The translations under genes and the position numbers were made by a program. Positions 1-8,959 of a stretch of 64,000 bases of DNA are shown here, in pieces. Position 1 is the first letter of the stretch, and each line of letters opens with the position of its first letter. The DNA is from Azospirillum sp. (GTDB lineage Bacteria > Pseudomonadota > Alphaproteobacteria > Azospirillales > Azospirillaceae), in assembly GCA_027483805.1 (NCBI GenBank), contig JAIXTS010000109.1, forward strand, positions 6,474-70,473, given 5' to 3'. A model generated the notes under the pieces. The model worked only from the letters and a program-made list of their open reading frames with translations, was not told where the DNA came from and searched no databases.

Positions 1-110
1 TGTATATGGACAAAGAGGGTAAGGATTACGACGTCTTGGTGCTGGAGAATGTCGAGGGGCAGCGGGTAAAGCTGTATTTCGATATCACGGCGTGGATGAC
101 GCGGCGGTAA
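1..110 (+). CDS. 3' end of a gene truncated by the window edge (…YMDKEGKDYDVLVLENVEGQRVKLYFDITAWMTRR*); resembles the C-terminus of DUF4919-type proteins
   Basis: Open frame 3..110 ending TAA, 22 bp before hrpB. The YDVL…LYFDIT pattern is recalled from DUF4919 proteins and is unverified. Confidence 0.45.
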   Translation, partial: YMDKEGKDYDVLVLENVEGQRVKLYFDITAWMTRR

Positions 111-132
111 GCGCCCGCTATAGCATCGCCCC

Positions 133-2628
133 ATGCCCGACTTTCCTGCCCTTCCCATTGATGACGCCCTGCCAGCCCTATTGTCGGCGCTGGATACCGG
201 CACCACTGCCGTGCTGCAGGCACCGCCTGGTGCCGGCAAGACCACCCGTGTGCCGCTGGCGCTGCTGGATCAGGCATGGGCGGCGGGGGGGCGCATCATC
301 ATGCTGGAACCAAGGCGTCTGGCCGCACGCGGCGCCGCGCGGCGCATGGCGCAGATGCTGGGCGAAGAGGTGGGACAGACCGTCGGGTACAGGGTGCGCA
401 TGGATGCCCGCGTGTCGGCGGCCACCCGGATCGAAGTGGTGACGGAAGGGATTTTCCTGCGCCGCCTGCAATCCGACCCGTCGCTGGACGGCGTGTCGGC
501 GGTGCTGTTCGATGAATTCCATGAACGCAGCCTGGATGCCGATCTGGCGCTGGCCTTCTGCCTGCAGACGCGCGAGTTGCTGCGTGATGATCTGCGGCTG
601 GTGGTGATGTCGGCGACGCTGGATGGCGGGCCGGTGGCGGCGCTGCTGGGCGGGGCGCCATTGGTGACGTCAGAGGGCCGCGCCTTTCCCGTGGAGACAC
701 GCTGGCTGGAGCCCGGACCCACCGACCGGCCGGACACGCACATGGCGCGGGCCATCCGCCGGGCGCTGGCGGAAGAACAAGGGTCGGTCCTGGCCTTCCT
801 TCCCGGCAGCGGGGAAATCCGGCGGGTGGAAAGGCTGCTGGCCGAAGGCCCCCTGCCCGCCAATGTCCTGCTGACCCCGCTTTATGGTGATATGAGCCTG
901 GATGCCCAGGACATCGCCATTCGTCCCGCCCCCGCCGGTCGGCGCAAGGTGGTGCTGGCCACCGCCATCGCCGAAACCAGCCTGACCATCGAGGGGATCC
1001 GCATCGTCATCGACAGCGGCCTGTCGCGCCTGCAGCGCTTTGATCCGCGCAGCGGCATGGACCGGCTGGAAACCGTCAAATCATCGCGCGCCTCGGCGGA
1101 CCAACGCCGCGGCCGCGCCGGGCGCCTGTCCGCTGGTGTCTGCTACCGCCTGTGGTCGGAAGCCGGCGACCGGGCGCTGATCCCCTTTTCCGCCGCCGAG
1201 ATCACGCGCGCCGACCTGACGCCCCTGGCCCTGGAACTGGCGCAATGGGGCATTATCGATGCGGACGAGCTGGCTTGGCTGGACAGCCCGCCGGCCGCCA
1301 CCCTGGCACAGGCCCGCAAGCTGTTGCAGCAATTGGGCGCCCTTGACGCTGCCCTGCGCATCACGGCCCATGGCAAGGCCATGGCGGGGCTGGGTATCCA
1401 TCCGCGTCTGGCGCATCTGGTGCTGCGCGGGCGGGAGCTGGGGCGGACGCGGCTGGCCTGCCGCATCGCCGCGCTGATCGGGGAACGGGATATTCTGCGC
1501 GGTAACGGGCGACGGGATGCGGATCTGCGCACCCGCCTGGAACATCTGGATGACCGCGGGCGGGGCGGCGAGGTCGATCGCGGCGCCCTGCTGCTGGCCC
1601 TGGAACAGGCGCGCCAACTGGAACGGCTGGTGGGGGGTCCGCCCGGCCCGATCGACCATCAGGATGCCGGCCTGCTGCTGGCCCTGGCCTATCCCGACCG
1701 GATCGCACAGCGGCGGGCCGGTGCGGCGGGGCAGTTCCGTCTGTCCGGCGGGCGCGGGGCCATGCTGGACCCTGCCGACGCCCTGGCCGCCTGCGATTTC
1801 CTGGCTGTCGCAGATCTGGATGGCCAGGGCCGCGATGCCCGCATCTTCCTGGCCGCCCCGGTAACCCAGGCGGCACTGGAAGAGGCTTTCATCCATGACA
1901 TCCGGTCAGAAACCGAAGTCGCCTGGGATGGACGGGAGCAGATCGTGCAGGCGCGCCGGCGGCGGCGGCTGTTCGAATTGTCGCTGAAGGACGAACCGCT
2001 GCCCACCCCGCCCGCCGATCTGGTCCTTCCCGCTATGCTGGAGGGGGTGCGGGCCATGGGCCTGTCCTGCCTGCCCTGGACCAAGGAACTGGAAGGATGG
2101 CGCCGTCGCGTGGCTTTCCTGCACCGGGCCGCACCCGACCGCTGGCCCGACCTGTCGGACGATGGTTTGCTGGGCAGTCTGGAGGATTGGCTGGCGCCAT
2201 ACCTGTCCGGGGCCACACGCCGGTCGCATCTTGACCGGATCGACCTGCATGCGGCACTGACCGGCATCCTGGACTGGAACCAGCGTCAGGCCATGGATAC
2301 GGAAATCCCCACCCATCTGACGGTTCCCACCGGCAACCGTATCCCCATCGACTATAGCGGCGAAGAACCCGTTCTGGCCGTCCGCCTGCAGGAACTGTTC
2401 GGTCTGGCGGAAACCCCCCGCCTGGGGGGTGGGCGCATCCCGGTCCTGCTGCATCTGCTGTCGCCGGCCCATCGGCCGGTTCAGGTGACACGGGATCTGG
2501 CCGGCTTCTGGGCCGGATCCTACAGGGAGGTGAAAAAGGAACTGGCCGGCCGTTACCCCCGCCATTACTGGCCGGATGACCCGCTGGTGGCGGAACCGAC
2601 CGCCCGCGCCAAAAGACGGGGCACCTGA
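133..2628 (+). CDS. hrpB: ATP-dependent helicase HrpB
   Basis: 831 aa; APPGAGKTT, DEFHER, SAT, TAIAETSLTIEG, QRRGRAGR and the HrpB C-terminus (LSPAHRPVQVTRDLAGFW…YPRHYWP). Confidence 0.97.
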   Translation: MPDFPALPIDDALPALLSALDTGTTAVLQAPPGAGKTTRVPLALLDQAWAAGGRIIMLEPRRLAARGAARRMAQMLGEEVGQTVGYRVRMDARVSAATRIEVVTEGIFLRRLQSDPSLDGVSAVLFDEFHERSLDADLALAFCLQTRELLRDDLRLVVMSATLDGGPVAALLGGAPLVTSEGRAFPVETRWLEPGPTDRPDTHMARAIRRALAEEQGSVLAFLPGSGEIRRVERLLAEGPLPANVLLTPLYGDMSLDAQDIAIRPAPAGRRKVVLATAIAETSLTIEGIRIVIDSGLSRLQRFDPRSGMDRLETVKSSRASADQRRGRAGRLSAGVCYRLWSEAGDRALIPFSAAEITRADLTPLALELAQWGIIDADELAWLDSPPAATLAQARKLLQQLGALDAALRITAHGKAMAGLGIHPRLAHLVLRGRELGRTRLACRIAALIGERDILRGNGRRDADLRTRLEHLDDRGRGGEVDRGALLLALEQARQLERLVGGPPGPIDHQDAGLLLALAYPDRIAQRRAGAAGQFRLSGGRGAMLDPADALAACDFLAVADLDGQGRDARIFLAAPVTQAALEEAFIHDIRSETEVAWDGREQIVQARRRRRLFELSLKDEPLPTPPADLVLPAMLEGVRAMGLSCLPWTKELEGWRRRVAFLHRAAPDRWPDLSDDGLLGSLEDWLAPYLSGATRRSHLDRIDLHAALTGILDWNQRQAMDTEIPTHLTVPTGNRIPIDYSGEEPVLAVRLQELFGLAETPRLGGGRIPVLLHLLSPAHRPVQVTRDLAGFWAGSYREVKKELAGRYPRHYWPDDPLVAEPTARAKRRGT

Positions 2629-2679
2629 TCGGCTGCGCGGGCACGACGGGCACAGGCAGGAGGGCATGGTCAGGCGAGT

Positions 2680-2714
2680 CGCCTTAACACTGACCATCGG
2701 TCCGTGTTAAGGCG
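2680..2714. terminator. Hairpin between convergent hrpB and phaZ (bidirectional terminator or REP-like element)
   Basis: Perfect 11-bp arms CGCCTTAACAC/GTGTTAAGGCG enclosing TGACC-ATC-GGTCC. Confidence 0.6.
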
Positions 2715-2722
2715 GACGGGCA

Positions 2723-3976
2723 TCACGCGGCGGCGGTCTTCTTGCGTCCGGAACGCACGGCGTCATTCTCCAGGATGAAACGACGCACCCGCGGTTCGAT
2801 ATCTTCGCGCCACTTACGGCCATTAAAGATGCCGTAATGGCCCACGCCCTTCTGCAGGTGGTTCTGCTTCTTGGGCTCCGGAATATTCTTGCACAGGCCA
2901 TGCGCGGCGATGGTCTGTCCGGGGGCGGAAATATCGTCCAACTCGCCTTCAACGGTCAGCAGGGCCGTCTTTTCAATGGCCGAAGGATCGACCGTGAGGC
3001 CGCGCCACTTCATCCGGCCAGTCGGCAGGGTGCGTTCCTGGAACACCTGGTTCACGGTCTGCAGGTAGAATTCTGCCGTCAGATCCATGACGGACAGATA
3101 TTCATCATAGAATTTGCGGTGCCCCTCGGCACTCTCGCCATCGCCGCGCACCAGATGCTTGAACAGCTTCAGATGTTCCCCGACATGACGGTCCAGGTTC
3201 ATCGACATGAAGCCGGTCAGCTGCACAAAGCCTGGATAGACCTGCCGCATGGCCCCCGGATAATAGAATGGCACGTTGGTGATGACGTTGCGTTCGAACC
3301 AGCTGATATCCTTGTCTTCCGCCAACTGGGTGACCACGGTGGGCGCAGCAGCGGTATTGATCGGGCCCCCCATCAGGGTCATGGAAGCGGGCTGGCACGG
3401 ATCATCCAGCTGCGCCATCAGCGCCACGGCGGCCAGGGTCGGCACCGCCGGCTGGCACACAGCCATGACATGGGTGTTGGGGCCTAGGTGACGGATAAAA
3501 TCCATCACATAGTCGATATAATCTTCCAGATCGAAGCGTCCGCGGGCCAGCGGGATCAGCTTCGCATCGTGCCAGTCGGTGATGTAGACATCATGGTTCT
3601 GCATCAAGGCCTGAACCGTGCCGCGCAGCAGCGTGGCGTAATGGCCCGACATCGGCGCCACCAGCAGCACTTTCGGGTCATCATGCGGAACGGCGCGTTC
3701 GAAATTCACCAGATTGCCGAAGGGGCGCTCCAGCACCACCCGTTCGGTCACCGCCACCTCGCGCCCGTTGACACGGGTCGTGGGCAGACCGAAATCCGGC
3801 TTGCCCCAGCGGCGGGTGGTGCGTTCGATCAGTTCCGCCCCCGCGGCCACCGCACGCCCCACCTTGGTATAGGAAGCCGGAATGAACGGGTTCTGGAAGG
3901 TCTGCTGCGTCGCTTCCGCCATCAGGCGCAGGGGCGTCAGGGCGGCATGGTGAAGATCATAAAGGTGATAGAGCAC
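2723..3976 (-). CDS. phaZ: Intracellular polyhydroxyalkanoate (PHB) depolymerase
   Basis: 417 aa, GTG start; VLLVAPMSGHYATLLRGTV, AVCQPAVP (Cys nucleophile), EGELDDIS, GHYGIF. Confidence 0.95.
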   Translation of the reverse strand: MLYHLYDLHHAALTPLRLMAEATQQTFQNPFIPASYTKVGRAVAAGAELIERTTRRWGKPDFGLPTTRVNGREVAVTERVVLERPFGNLVNFERAVPHDDPKVLLVAPMSGHYATLLRGTVQALMQNHDVYITDWHDAKLIPLARGRFDLEDYIDYVMDFIRHLGPNTHVMAVCQPAVPTLAAVALMAQLDDPCQPASMTLMGGPINTAAAPTVVTQLAEDKDISWFERNVITNVPFYYPGAMRQVYPGFVQLTGFMSMNLDRHVGEHLKLFKHLVRGDGESAEGHRKFYDEYLSVMDLTAEFYLQTVNQVFQERTLPTGRMKWRGLTVDPSAIEKTALLTVEGELDDISAPGQTIAAHGLCKNIPEPKKQNHLQKGVGHYGIFNGRKWREDIEPRVRRFILENDAVRSGRKKTAAA

Positions 3977-4226
3977 TGCTAACGTCCCCTTTCAACCGAC
4001 GGGCCGTCCCAACCCTGGACGGTCGCCTACCCACAAAAGCGGTACCCCTGCGGCACCCTGTCTCAGGCCGTAGCGTAACCACGCCTGACAAGCTTGCAAC
4101 AGATAAATCACGAAACCGTTAAGAACACAGACACCCGACCAAAGTCGGGGTGGTACCGTGATACCGGTCTCATCTGCGGCGCTTTCAGGCGGACCCGTAT
4201 GATCAGGGCGGCATCATCTTGGCCGG

Positions 4227-4820
4227 TTACAGCGCGCGGCGTGACCGGAGCGCGGCTGTCAGGGTGCCGTCGTCCAGATAGTCCAGTTCTCCGCCCACCG
4301 GTACACCATGGGCAAGACGCGATAGGCGCACACCGCACGGCGCCAGACGGTCGGACAGGTAATGCGCGGTGGTCTGACCGCCGACCGTGGCGTTCAGGGC
4401 CAGGATCACCTCTCCCACCTCCGGACGGCTGGCCCGTTCCAGCAAGGCCGGAATGGACAGATCATCAGGCCCGACTCCATCCAGCGCCGAAAGGGTGCCA
4501 CCCAGAACATGGTAGCGGCCCCGGAATGCGCCCGTCCGTTCCAGCGCCCAGAGATCGCCGACATCCTCCACCACACAGAGCATGCCCGCATCGCGGCCGG
4601 CACTGGTGCAGATATGGCAGGGGTCCTGGCTGTCCAGATTACCACAGACCGAACAGGTGCGGATGGACGCCGCCGCCGCGGCCAGCGCCTCACCCAGCGG
4701 GGCCATCAACCCTTCGCGCCGCTTGATCAGGTGCAGCGCCACGCGCCGCGCCGACCGGGGGCCCAGGCCCGGCAGCTTGGCCAACAACTGGATAAGACGG
4801 TCGATATCGGGTCCGATCAT
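4227..4820 (-). CDS. recR: Recombination mediator RecR
   Basis: [12 protein letters not shown]4 zinc finger CSVCGN…CHIC, Toprim VVED…, [19 protein letters not shown]; start placed at MIGPDI (4820). Confidence 0.97.
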   Translation of the reverse strand: MIGPDIDRLIQLLAKLPGLGPRSARRVALHLIKRREGLMAPLGEALAAAAASIRTCSVCGNLDSQDPCHICTSAGRDAGMLCVVEDVGDLWALERTGAFRGRYHVLGGTLSALDGVGPDDLSIPALLERASRPEVGEVILALNATVGGQTTAHYLSDRLAPCGVRLSRLAHGVPVGGELDYLDDGTLTAALRSRRAL

Positions 4821-4881
4821 GGCGCCGACGCTACAGGATGTTCGCCGAATGTTCCAGAGAAACGTTGCGGTCGCGATAGGG

Positions 4882-5667
4882 TCACAACGCTGTCCGGCGG
4901 GCCAGTTCACTGCGTCGGGCCGCCACTTCCGACTGGGCCCGCTGCACCGCTTCCAGCTCAGTGGCGGTCAGCAAATTCTCGATCACCGTGCCCAGATGAT
5001 GGTGCATGGCCGCCCGCGCCGTTCTGGGATCGCGGGTCTTCAAGGCTTCCACGATTTCCACATGATCGTCGACCAGCGGGCGGATACCCACAGCCCTGGC
5101 CCGGGCCAGCATCGTCCGGCAGAGCGGCGACTTGTAGCGCAGGTCCCACAGCGTCTCCACCACCAGCACGATGGCGCTGTTGCGGGTGGCCTTGGCGATG
5201 GCGACGTGAAAGCGGCGATCGGCACGATCGCCCACGACGTCGCGTTCATTTTCATCCACCATGTCGGCCAGGATGGCCGTTAACTCCGCCAGTTCCTCAT
5301 CCGTGATGGTGGTGGCGGCCAGGGCAACGGCCTCCCCCTCGAACAGGCGCCGCGCCTCGGTCAGCTCAAAAGCGCCGATATCCAGATCATCGGTCTGTTC
5401 GGCCGGACGGGAATGGGTGACATAGATGCCGGACCCTTGCCGTGCCTCGACCAGTCCCATGATATCCAGGGCGATCATCGCCTCGCGGATGGTGGGGCGG
5501 CTGACATTGAACTCCTCCGCCAGCTCACGTTCCGGCGGCAAGCGCTGGCCGGGCTGATAGGCGCCGGTGCGAATGGCCTTGGAAATAGCGCTGGCGATAT
5601 TCTGGTAGAGTTTGCGGCCTTCGGTAGGGGGCATCATCTCAGCAGCGGCAGCAGGAAGGTTGGGCAT
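4882..5667 (-). CDS. GntR/FadR-family transcriptional regulator, ExuR/UxuR-like
   Basis: wHTH RKLYQ…[21 protein letters not shown]…GSGIYV followed by an FCD domain ([10 protein letters not shown]…H…I). Confidence 0.9.
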   Translation of the reverse strand: MPNLPAAAAEMMPPTEGRKLYQNIASAISKAIRTGAYQPGQRLPPERELAEEFNVSRPTIREAMIALDIMGLVEARQGSGIYVTHSRPAEQTDDLDIGAFELTEARRLFEGEAVALAATTITDEELAELTAILADMVDENERDVVGDRADRRFHVAIAKATRNSAIVLVVETLWDLRYKSPLCRTMLARARAVGIRPLVDDHVEIVEALKTRDPRTARAAMHHHLGTVIENLLTATELEAVQRAQSEVAARRSELARRTAL

Positions 5668-5759
5668 ATCGGCGACGTCATCCGCCCTTCACGCTGAAGG
5701 CCGGCTTGCCTGACCAATGACGGGGACTTTAGCACCGAAAACAGCCATCGCGACACGGG

Positions 5760-5776
5760 AATTGGTCAAACCTATT
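5760..5776. promoter_or_regulatory. Candidate FadR-subfamily operator upstream of the FadR gene
   Basis: AATTGGT-CAA-ACCTATT, one mismatch from the AATTGGT-N3-ACCAATT palindrome of PdhR/LldR-type regulators. Confidence 0.55.
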
Positions 5777-5785
5777 CACCCGTCA

Positions 5786-7438
5786 TCACTGCCCAGGGTC
5801 AGGGGCGTCCGGCCGGTCCCCTTTTATCATATCCCGTACATAGCTCACCAGCGGGTCCCCCAGGGCTGCCGACCGGTCAAGCAAGGCTTCTGCGCCCTCC
5901 GCATCAAGGTCCATGCGCCAGAGCAGTTCGGCCAGCATGGTCATGGCCTCCATCACCCCGGCCTGCGCCGGTCCTTGCAAGGCCGCTCGCATCTTCTCCA
6001 GCGTTGCGCGGTCGTTCGGCCGGTGCAGCAGGGTCATGCGGGCCAGATTGATCTGGGCCGACAGATGGCCCTGCACGGCGGAGGCCGCAAACAGGTCGAT
6101 GGCGCGCTCATTATCCAGGGGCAGTTCCGTGCCCAGCGTCAGGGCATGGGCTACCCGGAACTGCCCCGATGCACTGCCAAGCTCTGCCGATGCGATGTAG
6201 AAATCGAAGGCGGCCTTCCGGTCCTGTGCCACCCCATTCCCGTGGTAGAGCATTGTTCCGTAATTATAGGTGGCATCCGCATGGCCGCGTTCAGCGGCCA
6301 TGCGCAGGTGCTCCGCCGCAATGACCGGGTTGGCGGGCACACCGCGCCCCAGAAGATGGCAAAGCCCCAGTTGAAACCGTGCTTCCGCGTGCTGTTCGGC
6401 GGCTTTGGCGAACAGTTCGGCCGCGCGCGCCGGGTCCTGATGTACACCTCTGCCGGAAAGATGGGCCAGCCCCAGCGCTGTCATCGCCGGCAGGTACCCC
6501 ACATCCATGGCGGCGGCATACCAGACGATGGCCTCTCCCGGGTTGGGGATTTGTGCCTTGCCCAGAGCGTGCAGGTCGGCCAGGAACACCATGCTTTCCG
6601 CATCACCCTTGACGGCGGCGCGCCGGAACCAGGTTTCCGCCTGCCCCACATCCACGGGCTGCTTGCCGATCCCGTTCAGATAAATCTGTCCCAGGGCGCG
6701 CATGGCCCCCGGCACGCCCGCGCCAGCGGCGCGGATCAGCCATTCGCGCCCCGTCTCGGGATCGGCCGCAATACCCGCCCCCTGCACCAGGCTGACCCCG
6801 AGATAGTAGAAGGCCGTCTTGTTACCGAGATCCGCCGCCTTCTGGTAGAGCGCGCAGGCATCTTCCGGTCCCTGGCCCGGCACCTCGCCAACGCTGATCA
6901 GGCCGGCCAGACCCACCATGGCCGGTGCGCTGCCTTGATCAGCGGCGCGGCTGTACCATTCGATGGCCTGGCTGATGTCGCGGCCCTCCGGGTCCTCCTC
7001 CATGCTGCATAGCCAACCCAGCAGGACCTGCGCTTCCATGTGGCCCTGCGCGCTGGCCAGGCGGGCCCAATGGCGGGCCTTGGCCCGGTCGCGCAGCACG
7101 ACCAGCGCCCCGTCATCCTGGGTCGTCTTCTTCTTTACATCCGGGTTGCCGACACCGGTTGAATAAACACCGGCAAGCCGTGCCTGGGCCTCTGCCTTTC
7201 CGGCATCGGCAGCACGTTCGTACCAGCGCATGGCGGATCGCAGATCGCGCAAGGTGCCCAGCCCGCGCCATAAGGCGTCGGCGACCGCCAGCTGGCAATC
7301 GGCATCACCAGCCTGGGCAGCGGTGTGCCAGATATCGACAGCCTTTTCCAAACGCCCCTTTGCCGCGGCTTGCTGGCCACGGGCGAACGGGGTGCCGTAC
7401 AGGCGGTTCTTCAACCGATCGACATATGTTTCTGTCAC
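5786..7438 (-). CDS. Sel1-like repeat protein (about 12 SLRs), no obvious signal peptide
   Basis: Recurrent A-x3-LG-x2-Y-x2-G-x-G…A-x2-W-x3-AA-x2-G units across 550 aa. Confidence 0.92.
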   Translation of the reverse strand: MTETYVDRLKNRLYGTPFARGQQAAAKGRLEKAVDIWHTAAQAGDADCQLAVADALWRGLGTLRDLRSAMRWYERAADAGKAEAQARLAGVYSTGVGNPDVKKKTTQDDGALVVLRDRAKARHWARLASAQGHMEAQVLLGWLCSMEEDPEGRDISQAIEWYSRAADQGSAPAMVGLAGLISVGEVPGQGPEDACALYQKAADLGNKTAFYYLGVSLVQGAGIAADPETGREWLIRAAGAGVPGAMRALGQIYLNGIGKQPVDVGQAETWFRRAAVKGDAESMVFLADLHALGKAQIPNPGEAIVWYAAAMDVGYLPAMTALGLAHLSGRGVHQDPARAAELFAKAAEQHAEARFQLGLCHLLGRGVPANPVIAAEHLRMAAERGHADATYNYGTMLYHGNGVAQDRKAAFDFYIASAELGSASGQFRVAHALTLGTELPLDNERAIDLFAASAVQGHLSAQINLARMTLLHRPNDRATLEKMRAALQGPAQAGVMEAMTMLAELLWRMDLDAEGAEALLDRSAALGDPLVSYVRDMIKGDRPDAPDPGQ

Positions 7439-7521
7439 GATACCCTATTCAGTCGACCATCGGGATTAAGCCTGATCTATCCCACCTGTGTTCCGCGGAA
7501 AAGGCCGAAGCGTCGTTGCCG

Positions 7522-8760
7522 TCAACAGGGACGGGGCAGACCGAACTCCCGATGCAGCATTTCCAGCCATCCCGGCAGTCCAACCTTTTCCAGATCAAAG
7601 CGTTCGACCACGGTCTGCCGGGCGGCCATCTGCAATTGCTTGCGCGGCTTGGCCGACATGCTCAGCGCAGTGGCCAGCCCCGATGCCACCGCCACGGGAT
7701 CATGGAAAGGGACCAGCAGGCCGTTGACGCCATGCTGCACCACCTCCGTCACCGGCCCGGTATCGGACGCGACCAACGAGACGCCGCAGGCCATGGCTTC
7801 CAGCATGGACCAGCTCAGCACGAAAGGGTAGGTGAGATAGAGATGCGCACGCGAAAGACGCATCAGATTGATGAAATCGGCATGCGGGATGTGGCCGGTG
7901 AAATGAACCCTGTCGGTGGGCAGGTCCCCGGCCAGTTCGGCCAGCATGTGTTCCCGCCAGCTTTCGCCGCCGGACGGGGGCGGTCCATAGCAACTGCTGT
8001 CACCGCCGGCAATGACAAGCCGAGTCGTCGGGCGGGACCGCAGCAGGGGCACAGCCGCCCGCATCATGATGTGGAAGCCGCGATAGGGTTCCAGGTCGCG
8101 CGCCACATAGGTGACGATTTCCTGGCCGGGCGACAGTCGGTGCCCGTCGGGCAACAGCATGGCCGTTGGCACGCCGGGGCTGGCAATGGCTGTATCGATC
8201 CCCTCATGGATCAGCGCCAACTTTTCCTGATAGGGTCGCGGGTGCAGGCTCCGTTGCCATCGGGTGGGCGAAACCCCTCTGTCCACCGCCTCAAGCTGGA
8301 GCAGGTTGACCATGTTCAGGGCACGCACCCGTGCCAGATCATAAAGGCTCAGCGGTGCCGGGGGGTCAAAACCCACATCCGCGCCGGTCCCCTGGTAATA
8401 GAACTCGAAATAGCCGACCAGCGGCACATCCGGCCATAGATCCTTCACGAACAGCAATTCACCCCAGCCATGATGGCCGATCACCAGGTCGGGGCGATAA
8501 CCGGCCTGCGATAGCAGCGTGCATGCCGCCAGCACCGACTGTCCCTGCCAGACCGCGGCCTCTGTGCGTGTCAGATAGGGATGGGTGCGGCTTTCCCCGC
8601 CATTATGCAGAACATAGCGGTGAAGCGTCACCCCATCGACCGTTTCCGCGGGTTCGCTGGCCATCGCGTCCACCTGGACGCCGGGTAAACAGGCCAGCCG
8701 GCGGGCCAGATGGATAAACTGCCCGGGGAAAACCTTATGGATAAACAGAACCTTGTACAT
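7522..8760 (-). CDS. Glycosyltransferase family 4 (Glyco_trans_4_3-type N-terminus)
   Basis: MYKVLFIHKVFPGQF, GHHGWGE, RDLEPYRGFH, YPFVLSWSMLEAMACG; start placed at ATG 8760. Confidence 0.92.
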   Translation of the reverse strand: MYKVLFIHKVFPGQFIHLARRLACLPGVQVDAMASEPAETVDGVTLHRYVLHNGGESRTHPYLTRTEAAVWQGQSVLAACTLLSQAGYRPDLVIGHHGWGELLFVKDLWPDVPLVGYFEFYYQGTGADVGFDPPAPLSLYDLARVRALNMVNLLQLEAVDRGVSPTRWQRSLHPRPYQEKLALIHEGIDTAIASPGVPTAMLLPDGHRLSPGQEIVTYVARDLEPYRGFHIMMRAAVPLLRSRPTTRLVIAGGDSSCYGPPPSGGESWREHMLAELAGDLPTDRVHFTGHIPHADFINLMRLSRAHLYLTYPFVLSWSMLEAMACGVSLVASDTGPVTEVVQHGVNGLLVPFHDPVAVASGLATALSMSAKPRKQLQMAARQTVVERFDLEKVGLPGWLEMLHREFGLPRPC

Positions 8761-8959
8761 ACATGTCCCACCTGGTCCACCGGCCCCTTGCCCGCGTAAG
8801 GGTCGCGCAGATGTCGCCGCCCGGCAAGACAATAGGGTTGCGTGTCACCGATAGCTGCCTATGGTGACGGTGCGGGCGGGCCGTCCCGTCATATCACATT
8901 GTAAGAGGAGCCATCCTTTGCAGTTCATCTGGCCGGACGCATTCGCCGAACCTGTATCC

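Noticed and set aside
3977-4226. Possible ncRNA between phaZ and recR
   Set aside because: Only a short imperfect hairpin (about 4133-4151) is visible, and there is no recognisable SRP, tmRNA or riboswitch signature.
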